Source of the DNA: Hamiltosporidium tvaerminnensis FI-OER-3-3
Taxonomy: Eukaryota; Fungi; Microsporidia
Length of the DNA: 64,000 bases
NCBI GenBank assembly: GCA_022605425.2
Contig: JAKIMF020000013.1
Span: forward strand, 806,001 to 870,000
Reading direction: 5' to 3'
Shown here piece after piece: positions 13,301-28,492 of this stretch. The position numbers and the translations under genes were made by a program. Numbering within the stretch: the stretch's first letter is position 1; the number at the start of each line of letters is the position of its first letter. The notes under the pieces are model-generated. The model searched no databases. It saw only the letters and a program-made list of their open reading frames with translations, and was not told where the DNA came from.

Positions 13301-15626
13301 TCATTGTGTAGGGTCTTCAAATTTTCTAGTTTAAAACTGGTTTTAGCTTAGGAATTATAAACTATAAATGATAGATTAGTACCAAAAAAAATTATAATAA
13401 GATTTAAATCTTAAGAAGCCACTTTTCAGAAAATTATATTTCATCAAAACATGGTGCAAACTCATATTTTCTTTTATAAATATTTTGTTTTTGTATTCTA
13501 TATTTCTAATAAACATCAGAACTGGTTCTATCAGCCTATGAAATTCTTGTTCGCAACAGATATAAAGCAGATTAAGCTAACACATACAAATATTGGTTTT
13601 CATGGGTGTGGTATTGCGAGCGCTAAGGGGCAAACTCAGAAATTATAATTTTATTTCGGAGCAAACAATTTCAATAACCACTTTGATTTTAGAGTGTTAG
13701 CGCTTACTTTGAAAGTAAATTTCTAGAGAAATCTCAATATAACTAACCGATTCTGGATATATAGTAGAATTTCTAAATCAGAATGGATCTCATATAAAAT
13801 AATACATTTTTGTTAAGGTTTTTGTATTTTAAGTTCATGTAAAAAAATCTGTGAAAATTTATTCATTCAAATTTTTGTTATGCAAAAGCTTAGATAAATC
13901 TCGTTATAACATTTATATAATTAGATATTCATTACATTTTAAATAAAGAGAGTTCAAATTTTTAAATATTATTTATTTTTTACATTCAAAAAATAACAGA
14001 TGGTGAGATTTTTTGTTTTTATGATTCCTTTTTCGAACTTTATCCTGTAATTTGATATTTTTTATAACCTTAGAAAATAAAAAATAAATATATTATAAGT
14101 CTACTTTAAACCAAAAAGGGTACCTAAAATATAGTCAGAAAAAAACGATAAAAATTACCTCTTAATTATTATTCAGTTTTGTTTTGTTTGCTTTGTTCTA
14201 TTAAAGGTTGAAAATTCATTAAAAATAGTCTAAATTTTAATAATAATGCCAAAAATATATATTTAAAGACTACAGTGGCAGTTTAGGCGTTTTTAATTTA
14301 GATTACTTTTTTATAACAATAATGCTTAAATAAATAATGTGCAATTATGAAAATAAATATTTGAAAAATATTTCTTCAAATAATTTTGTCGAAATTACCT
14401 CTCATTTTTTTTTCCAATATTATGTTTATATTTAACATAAAATTAGCTAGTTCAAAATCCCAATAAAGTCGACATTTTATTGTTTATTGCGTGTAAAACA
14501 AGTAATATCAGGATGAAATGCTTGAATAATTTATGCATAATTTCATCTAATGTTTTCATGTATTGCGCGTTAATTTAAATCCTATTAGATGCAGTTTGCG
14601 AAATAGCCTTTTGATATTTATTATAAAGGATATTTCTATTTTTATAACAACGTAACCGATAGGATTTTTCGTTTTAACCCTTAATTAAATAATCGAAACA
14701 AAGAAAGTGAACTTTTTGTAATTTCTAATATATTTATACAATGTATTATTGATGCTTAAAGGGTTCCCTGTATCATAGATTGAAGTATATGAACAAAAAT
14801 ACGGCTTTTCGCTCATACAATAAATTTTGTTGAAGAAAAAAAGCAAAAAGAATTTTAAATATTTTAGATGATTAACAAAAAATAGCAATAGATCGAATAC
14901 CTAGTCTCATTATATATGTATCTTCACATAAGTAATTACTATTCTATGAGATTGGTTTCATACTTTGATTCGGAATATTTGAGATTTATTTTGTCCAGCA
15001 TAATACGCATCTTTTATAAAAATACTGGAACCTAAGAAAATTTACATTTTTTATTGAGCGATTCTTTTTTTAATAAACAGAGGATCTATATAATGAACTA
15101 ATACATTGTAAAGCAAACATAGATAATATTCTAGAAGGAATTAATACATATTGTTTTAGGCTGTTTTTTAAACACAGTTGTTTTGATTTAAAGTATTATT
15201 GGGGCAAAATATTAGGATTCACCAAACGCAATTAGGTTAAATTTAAATTTATTTAGACTTTCGTCTGATACTCTAAAAAGAAGATTTGTTACTGAATCTA
15301 GGTTTTTTTAATTTCGAAACAGCAAATCTTAGATTTTTTTCATGTTTAGCAGTTGCACAAATTATTCTAGAATCAAAAATAAACTATTTTTGCAATAGCT
15401 GCAAAATTGCTTTAATAACACTTTATATATTCCAGAACTCCTTTGAATTATAAGGATCGCTTTTATATTAATATGCTAGCAAAAGCAAAGAACCGAGTTA
15501 CCACGAACAAAATACCTTCTCAACATTCATCTTATAAAAAAACAAGAAATTTATATATTTGGAAAATAAAACGCAGAAAATTGTAGTGCTATAATTATAG
15601 AAAAGAAGCTTTTGTATATCAAAATA

Positions 15627-15835
15627 GATGGAGGGCTCATAATCATATTAAAATCTATCTGTTTTGCTATAGGTTTAACAATTCATATAAATTATTGCTG
15701 TCATTATGGTGATATATAAACTACCCTGATTCTATAAGCCAATTCTGTATAACAGCGAGTTATTTAAAAATAAAAGACTTAAACAGGAAAAGTGCATCTG
15801 TGCATTCTTGACACCGAAAAGTCTAAGAGTAAAAT
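15627..15835 (+). mobile_element. Family B SINE-like repeat, copy B3 (highly diverged)
   Basis: gatggaggg head, then tctataagccaattctgtataacagcgagtta and cttgacaccgaaaag; collinear with B6. Confidence 0.6.
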
Positions 15836-18800
15836 ATCTAAAACCGATCTATATCAATATACTTTTTTATCTGCATGTTGTAACGTTTTTTCGAACATAT
15901 AAGTAGTTAGTCTGATTTTAAACGTTGAAAAATATATAATACAAAAATTTGTTAGTATATTAATAGTTAGAGATGCATCCTATTATGGTTTAAGTATTCT
16001 ACAAGTGAAATTTTAATTTATATATGATTATTTTGCAAATTAATATGTGTTTAAATTGAAGGTTGCTTAATGAATGTAAAAATTGTATATTTTTTGGTTT
16101 TGTGGTCTCGATCATCAAACTAGTGATATCAGTTATTATGGTAAATGCAGCATAAAAATCCCCTTATAAATTGACAAAATATTGTAATTCTAATATGCTT
16201 TGAAATAAATATCTTTAATTATGTAATGGCTGAAATATTTATCAAAAAGTTTGAAAAAAATAAATTACTTGTTTTAAAAAGAAAAAAAGATGAGTCACTT
16301 TAATACCATATATTCTAGATTTAGAAAGTGCGATCTTAAAAATAATAGATTATATTTTCTTGGTTTATCGTTTAACTAGGTTATATTTTCTATTTTCTTC
16401 ATAAAAGTTATATTTTATTGTGGCAAAAACATTACGTCTATAATTTCATTTTTTTATCACGAGACTATGCCTTTCGTATAACCTAAGTCATTTAACAAAA
16501 TATTTAAATATGCTTTAATTATGTGTCATGGTAGAATTAGATGACTTTATAGTCGATTAGTGTTATTCGTAGTATTATGAACCTAATTACCCAATAATTC
16601 GAAATAATAATAACATATTCTATCTAAATACAAAGTTGATGTAAGCTGAATTCGATAATGATAGCTATAATTTTGTCTATTTTCGATCGAGATATTCTTA
16701 CATGAATGTTTCGAAGATCTGAAATCTAGTAGAGGAAATGGGAAATTTAGACGAACATGTTTTAAAGTATTTAAATAAATTTTTTGTAAGAATTTATTTT
16801 AACAGTTAAACAATTCCTTTTTATATTATGACACTAGATGTTTAGTTGTCTATTGTATTTATATTCTATAGATGTAAAGTATCCTTTTATAATCAATGTA
16901 TAGTTCTTACTGCACTTTTTTATCATGAAAATTATATTTATGAATTTTTCCTCTGAAAATTTAAAATTTTCGAATTTGTATTTTTGGATAATACATACAT
17001 TTGGCTATAAAAATATTGCATTAGATCAATATAATATATTTAAACATTTAAAAGTATATTTCCAGAACATTGTACTATTATCTTTACAAAAAATGTGTTG
17101 ATTTACCTTGATACTTATGCAAGCGTTAAAAATTACTGATTTCTTAATCATTCGCTTTTAATATTTACATTCGGTGGCTATTTTACTAAATTAAAAAATT
17201 TTAACAAATAAAGAATATTAAAGAGAATCTAGCTATTTAAATATAAATCGGATTCTATTTCTGAGATTTATGTAAGATGTGTCGAAGAAAGGCTAATAAT
17301 ATTAAATATTCTGTGCTTTCGATATAATTGCACGCAATGTAGAGCGTAATTACAGCTCTGAATATTCCGATTTGAGCTGCTATTTTTATAATAGTATCCT
17401 TGGTATTTAAAAGAGTCAGAAAAATACATCGAAAACTAAATATATTATTCTGTTTAACTATACATTTATTATCATGCGAAACAATACACAAATGATCATG
17501 ATTAAAACAAACCCAACTAAAATCCCAAAAAACCATACATTTTATATAATAGGAAGAATATATAGCGATAAGATAAGTTGAGTAAAAAAATTAGATGAAA
17601 AAATAAAACTAAATAGTAAGTGTGATACGATAATTCGTTAAGATCAAATATTTTTTTTTTGCGTTAACTAAATAATTCTTAAAGAACAAAAATATTATAA
17701 TCACTTTCCTATTTACACTTAATCCTTATTTTTTTTCTTTCTTAATGAAAAAATTCGAGAAAAACTATAATGAAATCTGGTTTACATCGAAATGCCTTTT
17801 GATATACATTTCTTAATTGAGATTAAGATTTTATGAATTTATTTATTAATTTAATTTTTTGCTGTTACTTAAATCATCAACTAAAAACATATATGCATTT
17901 ATAATTGCATATTATGACACAAAGAAGTCTAATACACGATCTCAAGTCCAAATTTTAGTGTCTCTATAAATTAAAAATTTTGATAACTAAAGATAAAAAA
18001 ATATATACAAAATAGTTGTTTTGAAATTCTAATATTAAACCTTTAAAATAGAATATTTGTGTTTCAATGCTGATAAGGTATCATTGGAGCTTCGTTAATA
18101 GGGTGTTATATCAACTGTTTGTTTGTGAAAATTTTTTTTGTGTGCTTTTTTATCTCTAATTTGTTTCTACGATATTGTTAACTTTAGAAGCTCAATATCT
18201 TCGAAACTTTACTTTATAATATTCAATTAATTTATTAATCTAAAAATTACACAAAATTAAAAATCAAAATTATCATCCTAAATTTTTAATATCTTATCAA
18301 TTTATGGTGTTTATAATTTATTTCTAAATTATGTTTATTTTGCATTAACTACAAAAAAATTCAAATAAATTTTATTTGGGTTTAAAACACTTAGCATCAT
18401 ATTATAATTTTAAGTAATTGAGATTTGTACCTAAATATTCGGATCTTATTCATAAAATTGCATATAACGAAAGGTATTGCATAAATAAGATTTGCTAGAA
18501 ATTAAGTCTAGAAATTTACGCGGAAACATTATTCTACTTATTTTAGAAAATTGTTTAGTTCAATTTACTATTTAAATAGTATATAAGCACCTAGTTTTTA
18601 CAAATGAAAGAATATTTAGCAAATTTTTGCTATATTATTGGAACTAATATTTTAATCTTGTTTTTGAAACATGTCTTTGTTGAGATATGGGATCAAATGA
18701 TGTTTTTAATACTATCTTAATATATTTCTTAAAAAAACTGTTGTCATTCTTTTCATAAAATATCGCTGGTTTGAATTTAATATGTACAAATGAAAAGGAA

Positions 18801-21800
18801 CTATATCATTAATATATATTTTTAACGATTAGATATGCAAAATAGTCATATAACTTAAATTTATGGATTTTCTATGTTTTATACAATCTTTGTTTACCAA
18901 ATCTTTAATTAATTATAACGTTTTCTAAAGTCAATAAATACGGAAAATTATAAAAATTAAAAAATCAAGGTTTAAAGACATTATTTCAGTAGATTTCGAA
19001 TGGCTTATACCGTCTTACGTCGAAATTCTATAGACTACGAATACTAATTAATTTACTAAAGTTACGATTACATAGATTTCTTTACTCTTTGGCTGTAATT
19101 AGTAAATTTAAAAGTGTACCCACTTTCAGCATATTAATAGTTCATAATCCAAAGGTTATATATATAAGTGTATATAATTATACAAGTTTACATTACTGTT
19201 ATGTTAACGGTTCTTGTAAGTACAACTTTTAATTTTATACACTAATGCTTTCTATAGATCATTTAATATTCATAAAAATATTTGGCTTTAAAAGAAATAA
19301 ATTTTCGGATTCCGGTGTATTGGCCTCTTTAATTATTAAATATTTGCACATAAATTGGCATAAAAAGGAAACAAGTTTTAAGTTCTTGCACAAAAAAAGC
19401 ATTTTCGGTTCTAAACTGATCATACGAATGCGACCTTAAAGCAGTAGATCACATGAGGCTAAGTATTTATTTCTTGAAACAAAATTAGACTGAGTTCGAA
19501 AAGTAAGTACTGCACATAAGACCTAATTAAACGTCAATAAAGATGCGTTTTTGCAATTAGAGCAAAATTTATAATTTAAAAGTAATATATTCGTATCGAA
19601 ATATTTATTTCGGCGACTTGTTAATTTATATAATTTGTAATATGTAATCAAAATAAAAATATTTTTTTTGTGGTTTGCGGCTTTCTAAATTAGTATTTAA
19701 TATTGTTATTTTGTACAAATCTTTTGTTATAATCTCATTTTGATATAAACTTTGAAGTTAGACATAGCGTTCCTAGAAAAGGCATGAAATTTTACGGCAC
19801 ATACAACGTATTTGGATTAAAAATAATGCTTTGTATTGAAAGCAGTACGTTCTAAACACTAAAAGTTAGAAACGTTTTTCTAAGAACACATCAAATATAC
19901 ATTTCATAAATTAAAATACATTATAAGCCCCTGGTTTTAGTACTAAGCCTTCAAAAAATTTTGGTTTGGCGAATGTACCTGCTTTTATTCTTTTTTTGAT
20001 TCAAGATAAATAAATGTACTTTTTATGCTCTATTTAGGTTTACAACATAATCAGAGTCAAAAATAACATGTTTTCTTCTTTAAATGCAATTTTCAACTGT
20101 GCCCTCGCAAATTATTTCATTAAACCATTGCATCACTTTCATTATGTAATCTAAGATCAATATTTAATCCATGTTTTTGTGCCATGAACTAAGATATTTA
20201 AGATTTTAGTATTAATTGAGATCTTAGGTTTAGTTTATCCAATCAAAAATTCAATAAAATTAGATAAAATAAAAATCGTTGATTATTCTACTCTAATAAG
20301 AAATAAACCCGAATACAATTATATATACAGAATTATAATAAGAACCCCGTGGTCTTGAGGCTTTATTGGGAGCACGAATGCACATACATTAATACAATTT
20401 CTTCTGATCTTTAGCAAAAATACATTATATTATTTACCTCATAATGTTAGTTTAGAAAACTTTAGTCACAAATTCATTTAGGTCTAATAACTGAATAAAT
20501 TCTAACACGGAATTCAAGGGATAATTAAAGCCTCTCTCAAAAAGTTTATGATGAATAAAAGTTATGAATTTATGTTTGAATTGAATTGTGAGTGTTTATT
20601 CTTTAGTCTGGTCAATTTTAAGTTCTTGGACATTTAGTGTATATGAGAGTACAAAATTGTTACATATGCGTTGATATTATAGACCAGGAACTATGTAATA
20701 ATAGAATAGCTTTGCGCAATTCTATTTGTTTCGGATGTCATGTCATCGGTTTTTATGTTTATCGCGTATTTTAATGCTATTCACAGACACAAAACGAGGT
20801 TTCACACTTTTTCTGAAATTGCGGTTTTATATATTTAATATTTTTCAGCTACGCATTGGAAATCTTTGAACATGAAACTTTTATTATTTTAGCATATTGT
20901 AATAGTAGATGGTTTTCTGACTTAAAATATACTCAAATAATATTTTCTTATTTCTTTTATGTTAATATATCGTGTAAAATCTAAAAGAACATAAAAATCC
21001 ACGGCAGTATAAATTCTTATTAAAATCATTCTGGATTTTAAAATTTTGATGAGTTTTTTGCAAATATATTATAGCTATTTCTTGTGCTAATATGAAGGGA
21101 ATCATATACGAAATGAAATATATTGCAGAAGTATTTGATGTTCTTTTGGCCAAAAAATGAATAAATTCGCATCAATTCTTACGGTAATCTTTGCGCATAT
21201 TTTCGTTAAGCTCAATTAATAACCATTTTCTTGTTTACATATATTTAAATTGAAGTAAAATAGTGACGGAATAGAGAAAATCAAGACAAAAAAAAGAACA
21301 AGATAATACGTTATTTATTTTGCGCAATGCTATCAGTAAGAACATTTTTTCCGAGAGAAATATTGTATCAGAAAGTACATGAATAATCTATATAGGCTTT
21401 GGAATTTTAAATGAATATATTATTATAAATAAAAATAGACTCGCATATATTTTTACAAAGTATAGACGAGTTTGTCGTATTCGCGACATATTAGAAGACC
21501 TAGTCACTAAATGACTAAACAGTTGTGTAAAAGGTAATATTCGGATTGGGAATCTCATGACTTTATATATTTTTTGTTAGTACATTGCGTAAGCTACTGT
21601 AACGTCGAAAATCAAACCTGTTTTTCCGAAATTGCCATGAGAAACCGTTTGAATGCAAATGACTTAAATAGATAAATATTGTTGAATGTTTGTTTGTATT
21701 CGATGAAAAATGTCTCCATTTATGAATATTCTTATGGGATCTAGTATATAACGTTTCGAAAATAAAGTCTAGTTAATAAATTGTTCGAGAACACTCAATA

Positions 21801-22097
21801 TTTACAGTTTCTGTATTCACCTTTTTTATGTTATCATTTGAGCTTCTGCGAATATTTCATTGAATTTTAAAATATATTTTTATGTAATAAGATTAACATT
21901 GACTATTTTTTCATTCTTTGAAAAATATTATCACTTAATAATTGATTGTTAAATACCTGAAACCAAACACATTTGGATTTATTTCTAGCTCTTTGTAAGA
22001 AGAATTACGAGGTTTAGTTGTAATTATTCGTTAATTATAATAAAAACAGAATAGAAGAACTTATAAAACTATGTAACTTTACTCCTAATTTTTTAAA

Positions 22098-22825
22098 ACT
22101 TTATTTAAAAGTATCACATCTTTTTAAAATAGTGGCAAGTGTTATATTTTTTTATGACATTAACGCAGTTCTAGGTTTAACATAAATAACTGCTACCCCA
22201 AAACTCCATCAGTAACCCCTGCGATACCTACGTCCCAAAGCCTTTCATTTACCAGGTGTGTAGAACCTAATTACTAGGCGAGGCAGTTGCCCGGAGTTCG
22301 TTAATGTCCGTTGCATGGAGTGTGATCGAAGGCCGAAGCCTCCCCTGGGCTTCCCCAAGACTATGCAGCATTCCCACTTACTCTACATTTTCTGAACCCA
22401 ATAAACTTCTAGCTAAGATATATTTCAGAGATTTACATGGGGTCCACCTAGACAGTGCAATGTCATACCAACAGGTATAACCTGCTACTTAGCTCTCCCG
22501 GCTTTAAATGATTTTTTATTTTATATCTACCAGGCGCTAAGTCTTCTAACCCGAGTGAGCAAGGCTAGGTTTCCATGCTTTTACATGGCAATTACCTACA
22601 TGTTCAGCTGCGGTCTGCAATCTGGTTACATAAAAAACTACAAATAAATTTGTAGAAAAAGTTTCTCCATTTCTTAGACCTCTCCTCCTCATAACAACTC
22701 CCAAAGAACAACCAAAGATGTAGTGTGGTTTTATTCCCACCAAAAATCCAAACAATGATCTCACACCAGTTTCACACACTCATTGCCAAGCAGAAAGTTT
22801 TTTATGTGGTTATCCTCCCTCCACC
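22098..22825 (-). mobile_element. Family A interspersed repeat, copy A2 (full length, reference copy)
   Basis: Near-identical over ~720 bp to 48261-48938 and to the reverse complement of 56248-56976. A possible 10-bp direct repeat ttttaaaact lies at 22091-22100 and 22827-22836. Confidence 0.95.
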
Positions 22826-25800
22826 ATTTTAAAACTAAAAATTATAGATTTAAATATGATATTTGCTTCTTTTTTTAAAGGTACTTTTAAAGACTCGGCA
22901 TCCTATCGAGTACATTATATTTTAATTTCAATAATTTTATCTTAAATCATGTAAAATACCGTAACATAAAAGATTTTTTTTATAAGTTCGAATTTGGCTT
23001 TTTTTGTATTTAAATATTTCGATTCATTTGATATCGTGCTTTTCTTTATAATTGGCTATATATTAGTTCTTGGACTGTGGGACTATGATATTTTAAAATT
23101 ATGCAAGTTCGAACCTTGATCTATCTTTCGATTAGACATACAGTAAAAATATTTCTGTCTTATATTTATAGAGTTCGGTTTGTTGTTTATATGAAAAATA
23201 TTTTTATAAATTAGTATGCGCATGAAACTATTTGATAATATTTTATAAAATGCGCAAATTTCTAATTTTAAGTATTTGTATGATACTACTGATGTTTTAC
23301 GATTTTAGAAGCTGAAAATTTAACGAAATTTTAAAAATTCAAATTTTAGAGCTCAAATTGCTTTTAAACGAAAGTATAGGATTTCTGAAATATCCATTGT
23401 GATTTAAAAATTAATAAAGACTTTAATTTAAATGACAATTAGCGTTCTTCAGGTACAATAAGAGACAATTTAGCATCATAATATGCATTTTTTTCTGAGT
23501 AAAAATTTATTTTTTAACTAATTAATAAATGATTTTTAATATGAAGTACTTGTTTGACTTAGATTGTTGCAAAAATCGCTTTTATTCTTCATTTAAAATT
23601 CTAAAATGTTTGAAGTGTTATCCCATGGCGTATTTTTACATCCAAATTGTGTGTTTGGATTACATATATTTTATATTGGTATTAATTTTATGTTTTCATA
23701 GCCCCACTATTGATTGGATAGGATTTGATAAGTTTGACTAGTTCTATAATTACACAACCAAATGAGTTACATGGTTCCCGAAATTCTGCAAGAAATACTG
23801 AATTTATATAATTCCACTTAAAGAGACTATTTTATACCAGTTAAATTTAATTACAAACGCTGGTTTCAAGATGACTTACTGAATAAATCACACAATCCGT
23901 TTTCTCATTATATTTTATTTTTTAAAAGCAAAACCACAGACAGAAATATATTATTCATAATTATTTAAACAACAAATTTAATAAGATAAACAGATAAAAT
24001 CTCTATATATTTAATAATACTTTATGCAGAGCTTTTAAGGCGAGGAGACAAAATAAATCTATCTTTTGTGAATTTATTTAGAAATCAGTTATAACGAATG
24101 TTTTTTTTCATGAAATGTTGAATTCTAGGATTTGATGTTATGTTTTAATAGTTTGTTATGAAAAAAAGGTTCTTATATAAGATATCGTCTTAATCTTGAT
24201 TTTTTTAAAAAATATATTCACATTTTTTTATATTTCTATTTTCAAAATGATATTAAGATGAAGTATTTTTATGGTTTAAAAATATTTATCTTAAATATTT
24301 AATAATAATTCGGTCGAGTTATAATAAATCTCTTATGTAAATAAAAAAACAATAACATGTACATGATTTTTTCGTAAATTTAAAGGTTGAATTTTCTTTA
24401 TAAAATACAATTTTTATAATTTATGAAGACCTTTAAAGTTATTGAAATCAAATAAAGCTTCTTTAAGTAGTTTATTTCTTTGGATAAATGTTTACACTCA
24501 AAGAAATTTTTTCTAAGCGCTTTGAAATAAAATTTGTATTTCGATCTACAAATTTGTCAATTTTTTATCTTCACTAACTAAATAAGTTCCTCAATCGATT
24601 TGTTTTAAAATGTGCCAAACTACCTGATAATTTTATAACAGCGTAAAACTAATAAATTTTATATTAAGGTTTAAGTAGGTAATTTCGGTTTTTTTATTAT
24701 ATTGGTACTTTAGAGACAAAAATTATTTTACCATTGTATTTTTCAAACGAGAAAAACTGGTTGAATCATAGAAACAAATTTCAACATAACTTATAAAACA
24801 AAAATATGTTTTTTTTCTTTTTCTATATTTTTGTAATTTACGTTCTCGAAATCGATTGATAAAATCTTATATAAATAAATAAATGCAATTGAATGCTATT
24901 CTGTTATCTGCCATAAATATTTGAATTGGGCAAAAATATCATCTTGGTGTTTTCTCTTGAGCTATCGTCCCTATTCGTTTACATTACTTTATAATTTTGC
25001 AATAGAAACCAAAACGAGATGATATGAAAAACAAAAAATTTAGCGTGTTTTGTTTAAAATACATAAAGGGATGATAGAATGTAAACGCTATATTTGGTGT
25101 AATGTTTTCGATACTCATATTGCTGACTAATTACATCTTGGATTATATATTATCCATAAATTTTGTTATTAAAATGTAAAACTAAAAAAAATTATAGCCA
25201 AATTAATAAAAATTTGTAGTGAACTGTTTGCAACTTGTGTATTTTGTATTTATTCGAGAGCTATGCATAAATTTTTATTTTATATGATAGAAAGTATGGG
25301 GAATAGAAGATGTGATTTTTTTAATTTTAGATCTAAGCTTTATCAAACATAATTCGAATACTCAAATTATGTCAGCGTAGCGTTTTCTGTAAAAGATTTT
25401 TTTCCTGATTTCTAGAATAATATAAGCTTTTGATCAAAAATAGAAGGTTCAAAGGATTTAATACTTGTTTTGCTTAAAAGATTCAAAAAAAAGGATTTTC
25501 ATATGTTCATTTAAATGAACTTGTATAGCATAGGTATACATTTTAGACTCATATGACTTTAGTTAATATTCTGCCGACATTTATCAATCAGGGAAATAAA
25601 TAATAAACGTTGAGAATCAATCTTTCTATAGTTTATTCTAAAAAAAAAGAAATTTACGTGGTCTAGAAATCATGAGCATGTGTGAACAGTAGAGATCAAA
25701 TAAATAATTTATCTTAAATCTACTATTTGATAGATATTTTTTTATATTATAAAAAGTGCAAATACAAAAAAAATATGTTTTTAAAATGTATATGATACAA

Positions 25801-28258
25801 ATATCATTTTAAATTGAGATTAATTATTTGTTTTGACATGAAAAAGATTTCCAATTAAGCATTTTCTAATGTTGTGTAAATTATTTTTAACGAGATCAAC
25901 ATGTTTATGAATTGTAAGGCTCTAAATTGTGTATTTTATGATAATATGATCGTTACAAATATTGTATTTTTCATACGAATAAGTTTATCTTTTAAGATTC
26001 AAATTTTGACCTATATAGTTTTATTTGTGAATTCACAACTCGGTAATTTTATGTTTTGATGATAGAATAAATTATTAGACTTGATTTATAAAAATTAGTT
26101 TTATTTTATTTCTATTTTGTTTTATTTGACTTCCAATCTAAGTTTGGCATTAAAATGACATAAATTAAACTATTTTGGTATTTTTTTGAGAAATATTTAA
26201 AACAATCCATTCTCTTCGTCTCACAACAATACGCAACCGATACTAATTATTGTTAATTTAAACTGGATATTTGTCTTTCATAATAATATAATTATATACT
26301 ATTTGCATGGGAAGTTTTTGCATTGTTTTAATGAGATTTATTATGGAATAACATTTTACATTTTCTAAGACAAATATTATATCCAATATTTACAAAAGAA
26401 AAGTAAATTTTTTTCTTTTACTATCAGGGTGTGTTTCGTTTTGTGACTTTTTAAAAAAACTTTACATATTCACGTAATTTTTATATTTTTATTCTTACAA
26501 TTGTTTGTTTCTGTATGTCGCTTTATTATTTTTCATTTTTTATGACTAGATTCATGCTTTTGTTCTCAATTATTAGTTCGTCTCGTTAAACAAAAGTTTC
26601 GCAGAATTCATCCTAATAGAAGTTATTATCTTAAAGTATCTGCTGTTGAAATGTTATAGTTGTACGGGAATAAAGTTTCTAACATAAATCATCATAAGAA
26701 ATTAATATCTCTAAATAAAAAAATACTGATTTTTTTTAAAAGTTATGCTAAAAAGAAGTTTTTAAATAGAGCAATATTATAAATAAATTCTCTGAAAATA
26801 AAAGACGGGTAAAGTGCAAACATATTTCTTTGATTTTCGTATTCCAAATCCATAAACCAAGCTTTTACGCTTATGAAAACAAAGTTTGTCTTTCATAAAT
26901 GCTTCCTATGATTTATTTCATGGTAATATAGAGACCATGAGACTGAATATTTGGATATTAACTTGAAAGGAGCTCGAAACTCATGGTTAACAAGTAAAAA
27001 TATAATTTTTTATTTTCTCTTGTCTTTATGTGTAAACAGTATTTCATTCTTTTTATATGGATGTAAATCGAATCTAAATAAGAGAATCGATTTTAGTATA
27101 ATTTAAATTTTATTACATATTACCTTATTTTTAAAAAAATTTAATATTTAAAAATCTGAACTATAAGAACCTAATTTTGAAAATTATAGGAATCTATGCT
27201 ACATATTAAAAATTATTTGGTTTATATCCATGCTTAGGTTCACTAATTTCGTTTATTATAAATTTTAGCACGAAGGAATTTTCCTAGGAAATTTTTGATA
27301 TATTGCATCATGTGATTGTATTCTGCCGTAGAGTCTTTTTAAATACCTTGAATTTATTTTCATTTGCTTAATTTATTCATTATTTTCTTATGAATATATC
27401 TGGATATGGCTATTTTTTGCTTTAAAGTAAGGATATGCGCCTGCATGTTATAGAAGAAATAAAGCTTATAAAATAAAAATTTTATGATTAACGTTGCAGA
27501 AATAGATTAAAAACTGCATGATATTTTAAGTTGATCTATCTAGATTGCAAATTATCGCATTTTGAATCTATATTTAAATATACAAATTTTTTGCGTTTGA
27601 TAATTCTAGTTTAATTCCATTGCTAATATTCGAGCGAAATTTTTTATTTCTATTGCTTATGCTTGCGTTTGTGAATTAAAATATAAGTTTCTTTAAGTAA
27701 ATTTTTTTCGATGTATACAAAATGTTACTCAATAAACAGCGTTTGTTTCTTTAGTTCTAAACACGAAAATTTTAATTTGCAATTGCTTGATTTTCGCTAT
27801 TATCTGATTATAAAAATATGTTATAGTTATTCTTTTTTCTCTTCGCGGCGATGTAATAGCTCTTTAAATACATCCAATTATATTATGCTTACAGTTTTTT
27901 TAGTATTTCATTCTTTTTATTTAAGCATCCTCTTTGTTTGCAACTTTTTTAGTTTGTATTTCAATAATATTTTTAAGCAGAATATCGAGTTTTGCATGCA
28001 TATTTATATAGTTTTTATGAACCGAACTCAATCTTACATTTTTTTTACATAGAAAAACTGTTTGATTTCGCTTTTATTTTAATACATGACAAAAAAATCT
28101 AAAAAAGGTTGGGCTTGAAAATAAACCTTTCGTATGATTTTTTCTGCTATTTTACGCTAAATCAAATTTTTATTTATCTGTAAAACAGGTAAATATCCGA
28201 TTATTTTGCAGCAACTAGAATTTAATTTCCTAAATAATTCCACTTTTATGAAAATAAA

Positions 28259-28492
28259 GCATCATTATTGGTACTACAACCCTGTACGAGCCTTGGTCGT
28301 TCTCTGTAATGCTTACCTTGCGGTCTTTTTCTTGTTTGTTTGTATATTTTAGTGGGTTTCGTATCAGTGTTTGGCAGAGTGGGTTGTTAGCCTATTCCCA
28401 ACCTCAAGCTAAAGGTCCAATACCTTATAATGGCTTTTTATGACAAGCAGAGAATACTTACAGCCAATTCTCCTCTCGGTACATTGGGTGAA
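28259..28492 (-). mobile_element. Family C RTE-related non-autonomous element, copy C2
   Basis: The reverse complement matches 29111-29350 (gtattctctgcttgtc, ggctaacaaccc, acgaaaccc, ccaaggctcgtacagggttgtagtacc). Confidence 0.8.

Noticed and set aside
22150-22640. Family A as RNase P/MRP, group I intron, telomerase RNA or hammerhead
   Set aside because: Only partial look-alikes: GAACUCCGGGC has no P4 partner, AGACU/AGUCU lacks a demonstrable P3-P7 core, there is no repeated telomere template, and CAAUGAG..GAAAC lacks CUGA. A covariance-model search is needed.
22546-22779. 77-aa ORF (…TRLQTAAEHVGNCHVKAWKPSLAHSG), and ORFs 62040-62225 and 62159-62356
   Set aside because: They lie inside family A repeats, and other copies carry indels and stops in these frames. 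Likely spurious, though a short peptide in young copies cannot be excluded.
22121-22832. Apparent TIR ttttaaaat(a/g)gtgg suggesting family A is a MITE
   Set aside because: Conserved sequence extends ~25 bp beyond the left arm, and the right arm is not shared by most copies.
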